DNA of 32,000 nt from Candidatus Saccharimonadota bacterium (GTDB lineage: Bacteria > Patescibacteriota > Gracilibacteria > BD1-5 > UBA2023), in contig JAXLZO010000001.1 in assembly GCA_046350815.1 (NCBI GenBank), positions 540,001-572,000 on the forward strand, in the 5' to 3' direction. Shown here one piece after another: positions 9,505 through 20,145 of this stretch. A program made the position numbers and the translations under genes. Under the pieces are notes generated by a model. That model saw only the letters and a list, made by a program, of their open reading frames with translations, did not search any database and had not been told where the DNA came from. The first letter of the stretch is position 1; each line of letters begins with the position of its first letter.

Positions 9505-12357
9505 ATGTTCATTCGAAGATTTTCTCAAATAATAATCGTATTCCTGGTGATAACAGGAATATTTTTATGAGCATGGACAACGATGGGAAGTGAGAGTATC
9601 GCCTCATGAAACATAGTGATCACTGAAATCGCTGCGAATGTGATAAATGAAAATGATGATGAGTATTTTATCATTCGTAATATTACCTGTCAGGATATCA
9701 ATCTTGAAGGAATTTCGATTCATGATGCAGCGCTCAAAACTCATCATCTCACAGGAATACTCGCATCTCATACAAGTCGGACAATTTGATATCTAGAATC
9801 GAGAATTCAACTCAACAATACGAATGAGGCCCTCACGATACGATCAAGTACTTGAATGGCAATTGATGAAAAACAGTATACAAAAACTACCAAGTGAGTT
9901 CCGATTTTGTACACTCCTTCTGACCATGATTGTTCTGCTGTAGTAGAGTCTACAGGATCAACAACTTGAACAACTGTAACCATAAGTGAATCATGAAGTT
10001 CTGCCTCATGAGAGACATCCACTTGATCTGAGTGAGAAGGTGAGATAGCATTCTCTGGATCAACATCATCCGGGAGTACGACAAGTTCATGAAATACTTT
10101 GTGAACAACATGATCAACCTCTTCATGAATGATCGATGCAACGAGTTCATGAAATAACGTCAGCTTTTCTGGAACCATCATATCATCTGGATCAGAAAAT
10201 ATCTCAAACTCTGGATCAACATCATCAGGAAGTGCACTGAGTATGAGTTCATCAGGCGAAGAAATATCATCTGGCACAATCTCATCAACCGGTACAATAT
10301 CTGAAAATACATCATCAGGAAGTGTTACATTTTCTTGAAATATCAATTCTTCAACGGGTTCAACTATCACCACAGGATCAGTCTTTGCTGGTGAGCTCGC
10401 ACCAATATTTCTCTCGATTGAAGATAGAAATGTGGATAACATCTATGATACGATCAAGATTGCTTATAATGAAGATTTGACTGGCAGTATCGATGTATCA
10501 ACACTTCTTGTATTCAGTGCTACGTGAGGATTGTTCTCTGATCGTAAATTCGAGGGAACATGAGCTTTTGCTTCATGAGAAATCTCTGGAAATATTCTTA
10601 CGCTGCATCTTGTACGAGGTAGTCATACAGGTAGTTTATCCGATATAGCATGGAAGGTAAACTCTACAACCTCGAGTCATTTTCGTATCAAGGGATCGAC
10701 CAAAAATCTGCAAGGACTCTATTCTCATCGAGTTGCGCAAGATCTGACATATACAACGATTCTTGAATGATACAGTCGTGAGATGATATCGGTTCAAACT
10801 TTGATGTCATCTTCTGCTACTATTACTACAGGTGAAGTTTCCTCATCACAAACTTCTGTTGGTGGCAATTCTGGAGTTGAGAGTACTTCTACTTGATCAG
10901 TTGACTCATCAACTGACAGTCTCTCTGGATCAACACAGACTCCAATGTTCTCTCTGCATCTCCAATATCCATCAAATGCAACATTGAGCGGTGATACAAT
11001 CTTGTGTACGCAGCTCACATGTCGAACGAATTTTGAAATTCTCATTGCTTCCGGATCACTCAAATCATGCACATTTACTCTAAACGGAGTTGTGATCGCA
11101 GAGAGTTGTAACCCACCATCACTTACCCTCGATCAAGTAATGAGTTATGCAATCGATATATCCGCAACTGCGAAAACAGGAGAAATCTACAGTCGTCATT
11201 TGCTTTGGAGTTATACGCCTCAGGCCGCACTCACATCAACAAAGACTACATCTTCCTCCTCTTCTTCCCCACAATCAAGCTGTTTTGTGAGTGATGGTAG
11301 AGAATTTCTTCAGATTGCCTGAGTCAACCCCTCTCCGAAAGATGACAAGAGATCGAGCGAATATGTATTGATCACAAATAATACCAATACTCCTATTTCA
11401 CTCTGTGGATGCCATCTTGAACGTACCGATGAAAAATGAAAAACAACGCTTTCAAAGGATTTGGAAGCAATTGTTATGCCGTGAATTTCCTATCAATTAA
11501 CAACGAGTGAATCCAAACTCACACTTCCAAAGGTCGGAGCAAAAATTGATTTGGTATGTGATGCAAAAACTATCGATAGTCTGCATTATCGTGGCAATCA
11601 TGTTGATGGTCGACTGATCACACAGGAAATGATCGAAGCAGAGGATCGTATAAGAGATTTGTTACAAGGATATCTTCTTACATGATCCATTGATACTATA
11701 GCTGATGATACTCAAGAAAGTTCATCATGAGTCATGGATCTTTCTTCTGTATCGGATATTGAGGAGTGAACGAGTGATGAACATTTTCTCGACCTGAACC
11801 CCCTGCTTCTCTGGAGTCTGAGCAATTCCACTATAGCTTCAGATTTAAGTGAATGAGATGATGGATCAATCGAATGTTCTACAAACAATTCGTGATGTAG
11901 TATCACGGCAGAAATCATCGGACTTGGAAGTCATATGATGGTTCGCTGGATAGTGGACGATCTAGATATAACAAATGGTTCCGGCGCGGTTTGGATGAAG
12001 AGACAAAATTATACGTTTGAGCTCTCACCAGGAGTACATCATATTCAAACTATGTTCATGAGTGATGAGAGTGATTCTACTCTTTTTGAGCCCATAAATT
12101 CACTTATTCATGTAGTGCGTACACCAATAGTCTCAAGAAAACTTGCACCACTACCAAGACCAAAGAAAGCTAAAAAGATAGCACAACCAAAGGCACAGAA
12201 AATTGCTTGAAACGAAGCAAATTCATCAGTAATCAATTCTGATATACGAACAGAACTAACGAATGAAGAGCAGGCTGCTTGAGCGAGTATACTCTTTTCA
12301 TTCGGTGCTCTTGGTGGCTACTATATTCGGAGAAAAGTGTTGATGATGTACTTTTAA
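9505..12357 (+). CDS. Large cell-surface protein (950 aa): N-terminal TM/signal, two lamin-tail-like domains, Ser/Gly/Thr-rich spacer, C-terminal TM anchor
   Basis: One frame from ATG 9505 to TAA 12355-12357, walked codon by codon, with about 31 TGA(Gly). Track ORFs 10945-11322 and 11935-12210 are in this frame. LTD-like NIVITEIAANVINENDDEYFIIRNITCQDINLEGISIHD and LQIAGVNPSPKDDKRSSEYVLITNNTNTPISLCGCHL. Tail ASILFSFGALGGYYIRRK. Confidence 0.8.
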
Positions 12358-12380
12358 AAAACCACCTAGGTGATTTTTTT
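12356..12380. terminator. Possible bidirectional terminator between convergent genes
   Basis: A-run, then palindrome CACCTAGGTG (12363-12372), then T-run. Overlaps both stop codons. The stem is weak. Confidence 0.35.
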
Positions 12381-14166
12381 AGAAAACTTTAATCAGTGAT
12401 GTCCCAAGATCAGGAACAATAATTTGTTCTTCTTTCAAGCCATTATTCTGGATAAGTAGTTTTTTGAGTTCCTGAGATCATGTATCTTTGTTTCCATGTA
12501 CAATGATCACATTTGCATCAGGCGTAAGTGATATTGCTCTAATCCATGTTTGGATATCTTCACTATCACCATGTCCAGAGAATCATTTTGGTTGTCGAAA
12601 AGTCGCATTAATCTTATACGTTCCATTTTCTCCTAAATCTATGGTGCGGTCACCCCATTCCTCAGATTGTTTTTGTAAAATATTAAATCATCGCGTTTCT
12701 TCCACGAGAAATCATGGACTGTAGAATACGGTTTTTGGATCACTGATAAATTTTCGGAGATAGTCTTCAATTGGTCCGCCATCCATCATACCGGAAGATG
12801 TAATATAGATAGCTTTTTTATCACCAATAGTCTGCATCCATGCATCACGATTAGTATAATCGACCACAATATACTCTCAATTATTCGGATCGAGATAGTC
12901 TGCAAAGTTATGCAATTTATATTTTTCTTTATTCTTATAGTCTTTATCGAGAATGGAATGAATAGAGGAACCTTTAGGGGGAGGATTCTTATCATCTTGT
13001 CTGAGAGCTTGTTTCACATAAGCCATTAAATACTTGGATCCCATGACTGAGTCAACAAATACAAGAGTATCTTCTGGAATAATTCAACGTTTTTTAGCAT
13101 CAATAACACGATAGAGCATCATCTGGAGACGGTCCAATGCAAAACAAGCATGAATGATACGATCATATTTTTGGACATCCTCTCACAACTGTTTTTCATA
13201 TTGTTGTAAATCTTCTGCAAAAGGTGCTCGTGTGAATCATCCATATGTTGACTCTGTGATAACAGTTTCTATGGGAATATCTATTGGGGGTGTAGGTAGT
13301 CCATTTGGGTGAATATCCCACTTATACGATCCAAGGTCACCAGAAAAAAGAATGTTATGATCTTTTCAATTATAGTTAATACGAATCGTAATACTTACAC
13401 TGCCAAGTATGTGACCAGCATTATCAAATCGTATTGAGATACCAGGTGCAATATCTCGCCATCCATCGTGAATACCATGTGTTTGTACTTGATTCATCAG
13501 CTCCATGAGATCTTCTTCTGTATGCTCCAGTGGTGCTACATAGGTAAATTTTTCATACCATTTTGAATCCATCGGATCAACCTTATTCTCTTTCAAAATT
13601 CTTTTCATGAGCTCGAGTTGAGCATTTTTACTCTCTACTTGTTCTGTCGTTTCTACGCGATCTCCTGATGTATTACGAATAACACCTTTTTTCCTTTTAT
13701 TAAATGAGTTAACAAATGTAACAGCTAATTTTATTTTTTCGGCATCCTGTCGAAGTTTTCGTTCCTTTGCTTTTCGAAATTCATCGGCTATTTTAATGGC
13801 ATCTGCAAGTGCGACATTCATTACAAATTTTGTTCCTGGTGTCGTGATAATATTTTGAGGGCATTCACTGCTAGATGTTACAGCAAGTGCTGAACCGATA
13901 TGGTCCATATGACCATGGGTGAAGAGTATAGTATGCACTCAGTCCACTATATTTTCCATAACTCGATCGATCTTCCCTCATCACTGGTATGCTCACATAT
14001 CAATGAGGATTCGAGTCACTCTACCTTCGATTGATGCCTGTAATTCATGACATGATCAACTCAAATTTCGCTCTTTTCAGACGCCAATTCCACCATGATG
14101 TATGATTTTATAGCCGTTTTTTATATTAGTATCAGAATTATTAGAGCTGTCGAGTGCATTAGACAT
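12379..14166 (-). CDS. Metallo-beta-lactamase / beta-CASP family ribonuclease (RNase J / CPSF73-like), 595 aa
   Basis: HGHMDHIG (HxHxDH), AGHILGS, ITESTYG[TGA], FALDRLQ, SSGMMDGGP, SGHGDSEDI, VHGN. The full frame 12379-13365 was checked triplet by triplet. ATG 14164-14166, TAA 12379-12381. Confidence 0.9.
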
Positions 14167-14249
14167 ATATTGTATAATTATATATTATAATATAATATGA
14201 AAAAAATAACATTTGCAATATATATTAATAAATGTTTTTATAAATAAAC

Positions 14250-14437
14250 GAAGAAAAAGACACCCGAATTGGGTGTCTTGGTTTTGTATGCTTCACACAG
14301 ACTAATTTTCCCTGTGCCTGTTTCAACTTTTCACGTCACAGAGAGATGTATCTCTTTCGCATTACACGAACACCACATAAGCATACAAGATGTGGCACTG
14401 TGCGAGATGTGGGATCACCTCCGCGCTGGTTGAAACT
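14250..14437 (-). ncRNA. Candidate structured RNA (~190 nt) of unknown family, between its own promoter-like element and a strong terminator
   Basis: Closing helix GUUUCAAC/GUUGAAAC (14429-36 with 14320-27). Hairpin CCACAU..AUGUGG, whose loop UUGUAUGCUU (14379-88) is perfectly complementary to AAGCAUACAA (14284-93) near the 3' end. Further hairpins. No long ORF (27 codons at most). Confidence 0.35.
14252..14278 (-). terminator. Rho-independent terminator
   Basis: AAGACACCC-GAATT-GGGTGTCTT, followed on the minus strand by TTTTTC. Confidence 0.7.
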
Positions 14438-14443
14438 AAAGGC

Positions 14444-14471
14444 ATAGTATACTTATAAAAATTATTGTCAA
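14444..14471 (-). promoter_or_regulatory. Sigma70-like promoter (TTGACA-16 nt-TACTAT) reading into the candidate RNA
   Basis: Minus strand: TTGACA (14466-71), 16-nt spacer, TACTAT (14444-49). Located just after the PiT stop codon. Confidence 0.4.
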
Positions 14472-14485
14472 GTACTAACCATTTT

Positions 14486-15523
14486 TTAAATGAAAGATCC
14501 AAAATAGGAGAAGAGAAGAAAAGTCAGAGCACCTACAATCGCTGCGCCAGGAATCGTGAGAAACCACCCACTCACAATAGATAGTGCAAAATCCCAATGA
14601 ACTCTTCGAGGATTTCGGATAGCCCCAACACCACTGATTGCACCTGTGATAACATGCGTTGTTGATACAGGTATACCGAGTGCACTTGCACTAAAGAGAG
14701 AAATAGATCCTGCAAGGGTTGCAGCACTTCATCCGATTGGTGTAAGTTTGGTAATTTTGCTTCCCATAGTTCGAATGATGCGCATGCCTCAGAAGAGAGT
14801 ACCCATTCCAATCGCTGAGTAACAAAGAAGTGCTACCCAGAATGGGACTTCAAATTGAGCATAGACACCTCCTGCAACAAGAATACCAGCAATGATACCC
14901 ATAGTTTTTTGGGCATCGTTTCAGCCATGCCCAATACTATAGAGGAGAGAGGATCCGATTTGTAGATATTTTGCATATTGTTGTGCATTGAGAAAATCTA
15001 CTCAACGAAATATTCTCAGTAAAATTACTAGAATAACACCTCCAAGAACTGCGCCAAGGAGTGGCGCTAATATCATAAATCCGAGCACTTTTATCCATCA
15101 CATGATGATAACAACACTCCATCAGGCATGAGCAACTCCAGCACCAAGGAGGCCACCAAAAAGACTGTGGCTCGACGATGATGGAAGTCAGAATTTCCAT
15201 GTCAGAAGATTCCAACAAATCGCAGCAACGAGTGCTGATGCCGTTACGGTGAGAGTAATAGCTGATAGCTCAATGAGGCCACTTCCGACAGTCTTTGCTA
15301 CTTCATGATTCGTGAAGAGAAAAAATGCAACAAAATTAGCACCTGCAGCCATAATAATCGCTCTCTTTGGAGACATGACGCGTGTTGCAACGATCGTAGC
15401 GATCGAGTTGGCCGAATCATGCATTCCGTTGCTAAAATCGAATGCTAATGCAAGGAGAATGAGCAAAATAATAGCGGGATGATGCATCAAAACATCAAAC
15501 ATTGAATGAATAATTGCTTCCAT
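14486..15523 (-). CDS. pit: Inorganic phosphate transporter, PiT family (345 aa)
   Basis: FDFSNGMHDSANSIATIV, GHG[TGA]NDAQKTMGII, GIPVSTTHVITGAISGVGA. The whole frame was checked. TAA 14486-14488. Confidence 0.9.
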
Positions 15524-15524
15524 A

Positions 15525-16148
15525 CTACAACCCCTTTACAAAAATGGTTTCATATCCTTTGATAATCGAAGTAAGACTATTAGCAACCTTGCGAAGATTC
15601 TTCGAATTATTGAGAGCACCAAGTCATTCTTTCCAATTTGTTGCGGCGCTCAAACCCTCAAGAAGCATATCCTCAATAGTATTTTTAAGTTCCTCTACCG
15701 AAGCATGTGCTAATGTAAGTGTTGCTTCAAGATCACTAGATGAGATTTTTTCAGCACAAATTACTTCATTAAGTTCGCTCAAATTTTTTCGAACCTCACC
15801 AAGATGATCAAGGAATGATTTTCCATATTTACTACTTTCTTCTTCAAAACAACATGCATCAAGTATAAGAATACGTGCATTCTGTGAGAATACTTCATAA
15901 GCAAGTGCAACACCAAGAATATCCTCACGATCAAATGGGGTAATGAATGTGTGAGCAAGTTCTCGGAGAGTTTTTTGATAGGTTCGTTCTGAAGCACTAT
16001 CATTTTTCTTGATTCGACTACTTGAATTACAAAATTCTTTCGTATTACGAAAAGCGGATTCTATAAGTGAGAGTGCTTCGTCAGCTTCTTTGTGAAGCTC
16101 TCCGAGGAGATCAAAAAATTGGTTTTCGTGTGGGAAAAGAAAGGACAT
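15525..16148 (-). CDS. DUF47 / PhoU-like phosphate-transport regulator usually paired with PiT (207 aa)
   Basis: Track ORF 15624-16148 continues through TGA to TAG 15525-15527, which gives the usual ~205-aa length. It ends 1 nt before the pit ATG. FITPFDREDI motif. Confidence 0.75.
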
Positions 16149-16215
16149 AAATTGGTAATAAAAAGATACAAGCTCACTGTAGCATATATTTTTTTATTGT
16201 GCAAAAAATCCCCTT

Positions 16216-17442
16216 TTATTCAGGAAATTTATCATTGTAGTAGAGTTCTCAAATCGTGCTCCTTTCTTCCATAAGATCAGCAACTCGTGCGTGAGTTCGT
16301 GCATCAAAACCAGCAAGACTTCGGAGTGTTGATATGGTTCTATCGAAGAGCACACCATCTCGAAGCTCAAGTGCATTTTTTGCTTGTACTTCGAGTGTAT
16401 CGATATGACGAGGATATTTTTTGAGATATATCTCCGCAAATTCTTTGGATGCTCGATAATCTCAGAGGAGTGCACTGAGATTAAGAAGCATTGATATAAC
16501 CTCATCACTCGTATTATCGAGAATATATGCTTCCTGATAGAGCTCATAAGAGGTTTGGTATTTGCCAGCAAACGACAACATAAGGGCGAGTCTTGCCAGG
16601 AGATCAGCATCTTTGCCATGTTTGCGTATAATATCTGCATAGAGAATTTCCGCACGATGATAGTCACTCTCTGATTCATAGACCTCCGCAAGTGCTATAT
16701 TGAGGATTTTATGATCTCGATCAAAAGACAATCATTCAATGATAAGTGGGTGCGCTTTTGCATAGTCTCCACGTGATATATGCAAATGTATTTCACCGAT
16801 GAGTTCATCGGATGGAGTATCACTGATGGATGATGACTCTTTCTGCTCATTTTCTTTTGTAGCATCAAGCGTTGTATGTGGCTGATTGCTGACAAAGATA
16901 TCACCTTGGAGAGATGTTTTCACAGGTTTTTTGATGCGTTCGTAGAAATCCTCTTCTTCTATGATTTCTTTTTTTCATTCATCATCAGTAGATATTTCAT
17001 CTTCATCAGATACTTCTCTATTTTCGTATTCGTCCTGTTCTGATGTACTCTTGTATCATCCTATGTCGAGATCGATATCTTCTGATGTATCATCTATTCA
17101 TATTTCCTCAGTGTTTGTACTGTCACTTGTTTCTTTCGATTCTTTATCATTTTCATCCAATATATCTTCATCCATGGAGCTTTCTTGTTCTCATACTGTT
17201 ACAATATTCTCGGTAGTATGAGGAGATTCATCTGGGAGAAGAATGTGTGCGATCACTTCTGTTTCTCCTTGTATCATTTTTTTCTTCTCCTGCATTTCGT
17301 TGTAGAAGCTTTTTAGTCTTCTACCAAGAGTAAAAAGATATTCCACCAAAAAGATAACCAAAGATATTAGCACCCCGATGAGAGAGAATCATGCGAAGAA
17401 GAGTGCAAAAATTTGCAATGATGGGTTGAAGAGGAATTCCAT
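16216..17442 (-). CDS. Membrane-anchored TPR-repeat protein with acidic linker (408 aa)
   Basis: N-terminal TM IFALFFAGFSLIGVLISLVIFLV, a D/E/S-rich region, then TPR-like repeats (GDYAKAHPLIIEG..., SDYHRAEILYADII..., GKYQTSYELYQEAY...). ATG 17440-17442, TAA 16216-16218. Confidence 0.6.
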
Positions 17443-17492
17443 ATTTTTTTGTACTATTTTACGAACTTCTTCCATCTTGCCAAGTGCTATAT

Positions 17493-17521
17493 TTGCAAAG
17501 TCGAAAATACTCTGCTATTAT
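17493..17521 (+). promoter_or_regulatory. Sigma70-like promoter TTGCAA-17 nt-TATTAT
   Basis: Read directly. Lies 33 nt upstream of ATG 17554. Confidence 0.4.
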
Positions 17522-17553
17522 AGTTCTAATAACGTGTTTTTTGCTTCTTTTTT

Positions 17554-18303
17554 ATGATTCTATCGACTGCTTCGCTTGAGTGATACGGACTTCACAAGAT
17601 CTTTTCTATTGCAAAAGATGTTGGTGTTTCGTCTATCAGTCTTGATTTGGATCGTGATCTCTATGATACGCTCGATGCAGAATATCTCCTTTCGCTCTCA
17701 CAAGAGAGTGGCGTGAAGATTGAGAGTATTGTGGCTTTTGAACGAAAAATGGATAGTGCTACAGTGGAGAGAATTATCACTATTGCTACAACTCTCTCAG
17801 TCCGAAAAATTTATTTCTATCCTCCGCATCGTCTTGATAAAGATGTGAGTTGGTACGAAGAGACACTCCCACAAATGTCAGAACTCCATCCAGATCTCTC
17901 TCTTGCTATTACGAATGTTGAACCGAAAACCTTTCTCTTTTTTATTCCAGAATATCGAGATGCAACTCTCCAGTCGATTAAAAAAATCACAGGGCACACC
18001 GCACTTTCCATTACTCATGTTGATCCAGAATCATGAGTTGATCTTTTGCGGACTCTCTCGCTCCTTGGATCGAGTATCAATAATATATTTCTCTCTGATC
18101 GAAAAGGTGAGAAGGTGGATCTCTATCCTGGCACTGGAAATGCTCCGATTGACCGTCTCATGCAAATGCTTTCAGAGTGATGATACAAGTGAGATATTAC
18201 ACTACGTGTTCTTCCAAAAGAGCTTTGAGCTGGAAATATAGTAAAAATTCGCGAGCGAATCGAGCTCATGAAGAGTTATGTGGCGAGATTTTTCCCAAAG
18301 TAA
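17554..18303 (+). CDS. Sugar phosphate isomerase/epimerase-like (xylose isomerase-like TIM barrel) protein, 249 aa
   Basis: NIFLSDRKGEKVDLYPGTGNAPIDRLMQMLSES[TGA]YK[TGA]DITLRV resembles the hvHlsD...pGxGxid...L...gYxG...lE tail of this family. TAA 18301-18303. Confidence 0.55.
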
Positions 18304-18316
18304 TTCTCAGTTTCAT

Positions 18317-18350
18317 TCCGTTATTCGGGATTTGTAATCCCGAATAACGG
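18317..18350. repeat. Hairpin element copy 1 (perfect 13-bp stem); also acts as a bidirectional terminator between convergent genes
   Basis: CCGTTATTCGGGA-TTTGTAA-TCCCGAATAACGG. Its core TTCGGGATTTGTAATCCCGAA recurs in degenerate form at 19102-19133. Confidence 0.7.
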
Positions 18351-18355
18351 ATAGT

Positions 18356-19063
18356 TTATTTTTGGTTATGTTTTTTTAGGTTTTTAATCATTCGTGTAGC
18401 ATAGATATCAAGAATCCCTTTTCCAATATTTTTATTGGTCAACCATTCAGGATGATTATCTACTATTCCATTTGGACACTTTTCTGTAAGGTTATCTGTT
18501 TCAAAAGGATCTTCTACTCTATTCTTTTGATCATTTTCAGTTGGCAGTTTTACCAACTTTTCCTCAATAACAAGCATATTCGATATTTCTGTATTTCCAG
18601 CATGTCCATCAAATTCACCATGTAGAATATTTGTTTCTATATACTTATCATCTTCATCGTGTGTAATTTGAAGATGGACAATATTTACTCCATCAAATTT
18701 TGTGTTTTCTATAAAATCTTCGATGTATGGATCATTAAAATGAAATGATGTGATAAAGATATTCCTTGCTCTCTCTTTGATGGAATTACAAATATCAAAT
18801 ATAACTGATTTGAGTGTTTCCTCAGATAACCAGAGAGTTCCATAAAACCCTCTATGTTCTTGAGATCTTGATACTTCTAAAGTCGGTAAAATTACCAATT
18901 CTGGAAATTCTTTGGAAACTTGCTCAACTAGGTAGTCGGTAATATATGTGTCTGTTCCAAATGGAAGAAATGGACCATGCTGTTCGGTCGCTCCTATTGG
19001 AAACAGAAAATCATATTTTTGATCATCTTGAAAATCTGTTGCTTTGAGTTCTTTGAGTTTCAT
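18356..19063 (-). CDS. Creatininase-family amidohydrolase (235 aa)
   Basis: LFPIGATEQHGPFLPFGTD, SQEHRGFYGT and DGHAGNTEIS match creatininase/MftE-type motifs. No in-frame TGA. TAA stop. Confidence 0.8.
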   Translation of the reverse strand: MKLKELKATDFQDDQKYDFLFPIGATEQHGPFLPFGTDTYITDYLVEQVSKEFPELVILPTLEVSRSQEHRGFYGTLWLSEETLKSVIFDICNSIKERARNIFITSFHFNDPYIEDFIENTKFDGVNIVHLQITHDEDDKYIETNILHGEFDGHAGNTEISNMLVIEEKLVKLPTENDQKNRVEDPFETDNLTEKCPNGIVDNHPEWLTNKNIGKGILDIYATRMIKNLKKHNQK

Positions 19064-19101
19064 ATGGTATGTAAGTAAAAAAGCTTGGGTCTAGGGATTT
19101 A

Positions 19102-19133
19102 TCCTGTTCTTCGGAATTTGTAATCCTGAAATT
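19102..19133. repeat. Hairpin element copy 2 (degenerate)
   Basis: TCCTGTTCTTCGGAATTTGTAATCCTGAAATT against copy 1 TCCGTTATTCGGGATTTGTAATCCCGAATAAC. Same orientation, on the other side of the creatininase gene. Confidence 0.55.
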
Positions 19134-19162
19134 ATAAAATACTATCATTCATCTTAAAAACT

Positions 19163-19843
19163 CTACCAGGCTCTGCGTGAGCTGTAGTAGGGTTTTTTCT
19201 TTGGAGCTTGAGAGCTACGCAGTGTATCGATTTCTTGGAGTTTTGATGCCACAGTCTCTGCTATGTTGATTTTATCGCGAATAATTTCCATATCTGGATC
19301 CGTGAGAAGCGTAGTAATGAGCTTGTCATCATACGAGAGCCTCTTCTCGAGTTCGAGTTCGGTAATGATCGCAAATTTGACACTCTTACCCATAAAATTC
19401 TTCTCGAGAAATTTGGCAAATTCATCACGATCTATTTCCCCGATAAGAAGAATGTCAACTTTCGGTGGATTCTCACGTTTACCTATAGAAGAGAGCGACT
19501 GATGGATACTCACGACTTGGATATTTCGTCTGTTACTGAGAAATTCTTTAAGTGGAGAGATTGGATCATAGTTATCACGAAAAATTCCAATAATTCCCTC
19601 ATAAATAGGGGATTTTACATTGATAGTATAGATCTTCTTATTGTCTGCTGTTTTTGATTTGAGAATACCAAGTTCTTCAAGATTGATGAGTTCTCGTCGT
19701 ATGGAGTTGATCTGTTCATCCAAATCTCTCGAGAGTTCTCGCATAAAAAAACCTCAAGAGAGACGTGTAATAGCTTGTTCGAGGACAAATTTTTCGAGAA
19801 TTTTTACGCGGCATTTGGATCCAAAAAGGGGAGTGAGATCCAT
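19163..19843 (-). CDS. Winged-helix (ArsR/MarR-like) DNA-binding protein with C-terminal uncharacterised domain (226 aa)
   Basis: MDLTPLFGSKCRVKILEKFVLEQAITRLS[TGA]GFFMRELSRDLDEQINSIRRELINLEELGILKSK. TAG 19163-19165. Confidence 0.55.
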
Positions 19844-19881
19844 AGGGTAGAGCAGGAAGAAATGCTAAATCTGATATTACT

Positions 19882-20145
19882 TTAGAGAGCTTTTGTGATT
19901 TGGCAAATCTGATTTCAAAAAACCATATTCTGAAGTTTGATCAGTTCTTCTTGTGTTTCAATACGAATATCTCGCGCCTCCGTGAGGAGCTCAGGAATAT
20001 GACTATTAGTACAGATTTGATCCATAGCTTCATTATTGTACGCGTACTGTACGAACATGGCTTCGATTTTTTGTTCAATGTCGGATTTCTTTGGTGCATC
20101 ACCAAAAAGTACCTGCATGGCAATTCATCGGTCAAAAGCACTCAT
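19882..20145 (-). CDS. Small hypothetical protein (87 aa)
   Basis: Track ORF 19915-20118 extended on both sides through TGA. ATG 20143-20145, TAA 19882-19884. Confidence 0.4.

Noticed and set aside
9807-10442. 211-aa acidic minus-strand ORF with PDDV-like repeats
   Set aside because: It is the antisense shadow of the Ser/Gly/Thr tract of the 950-aa plus-strand gene. It stays open because TCA/TGA/ACA/GGA-type codons leave no antisense stops. It has no start context and a low-complexity product.
14250-14437. Assigning the structured RNA to SRP RNA, 6S RNA, tmRNA or RNase P RNA
   Set aside because: The SRP helix-8 consensus (GGUCAGGUCCGGAAGGAAGCAGC-like) is absent and only a loose resemblance exists. 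The RNA is too short for RNase P or tmRNA and lacks a tRNA-like end. A 6S-type single long bulged hairpin does not fit the pairings seen. It is left unassigned.
16194-16691. 165-aa minus-strand ORF
   Set aside because: It is an alternative frame inside the TPR protein gene (16216-17442), whose frame links three track ORFs and gives TPR-like repeats.
18317-19133. Interpreting the hairpins flanking the creatininase gene as integron attC sites
   Set aside because: The outer core sequences (GTTATTC...GAATAAC) do not match the RYYYAAC...GTTRRRY polarity or consensus, and no integrase or attI is nearby.
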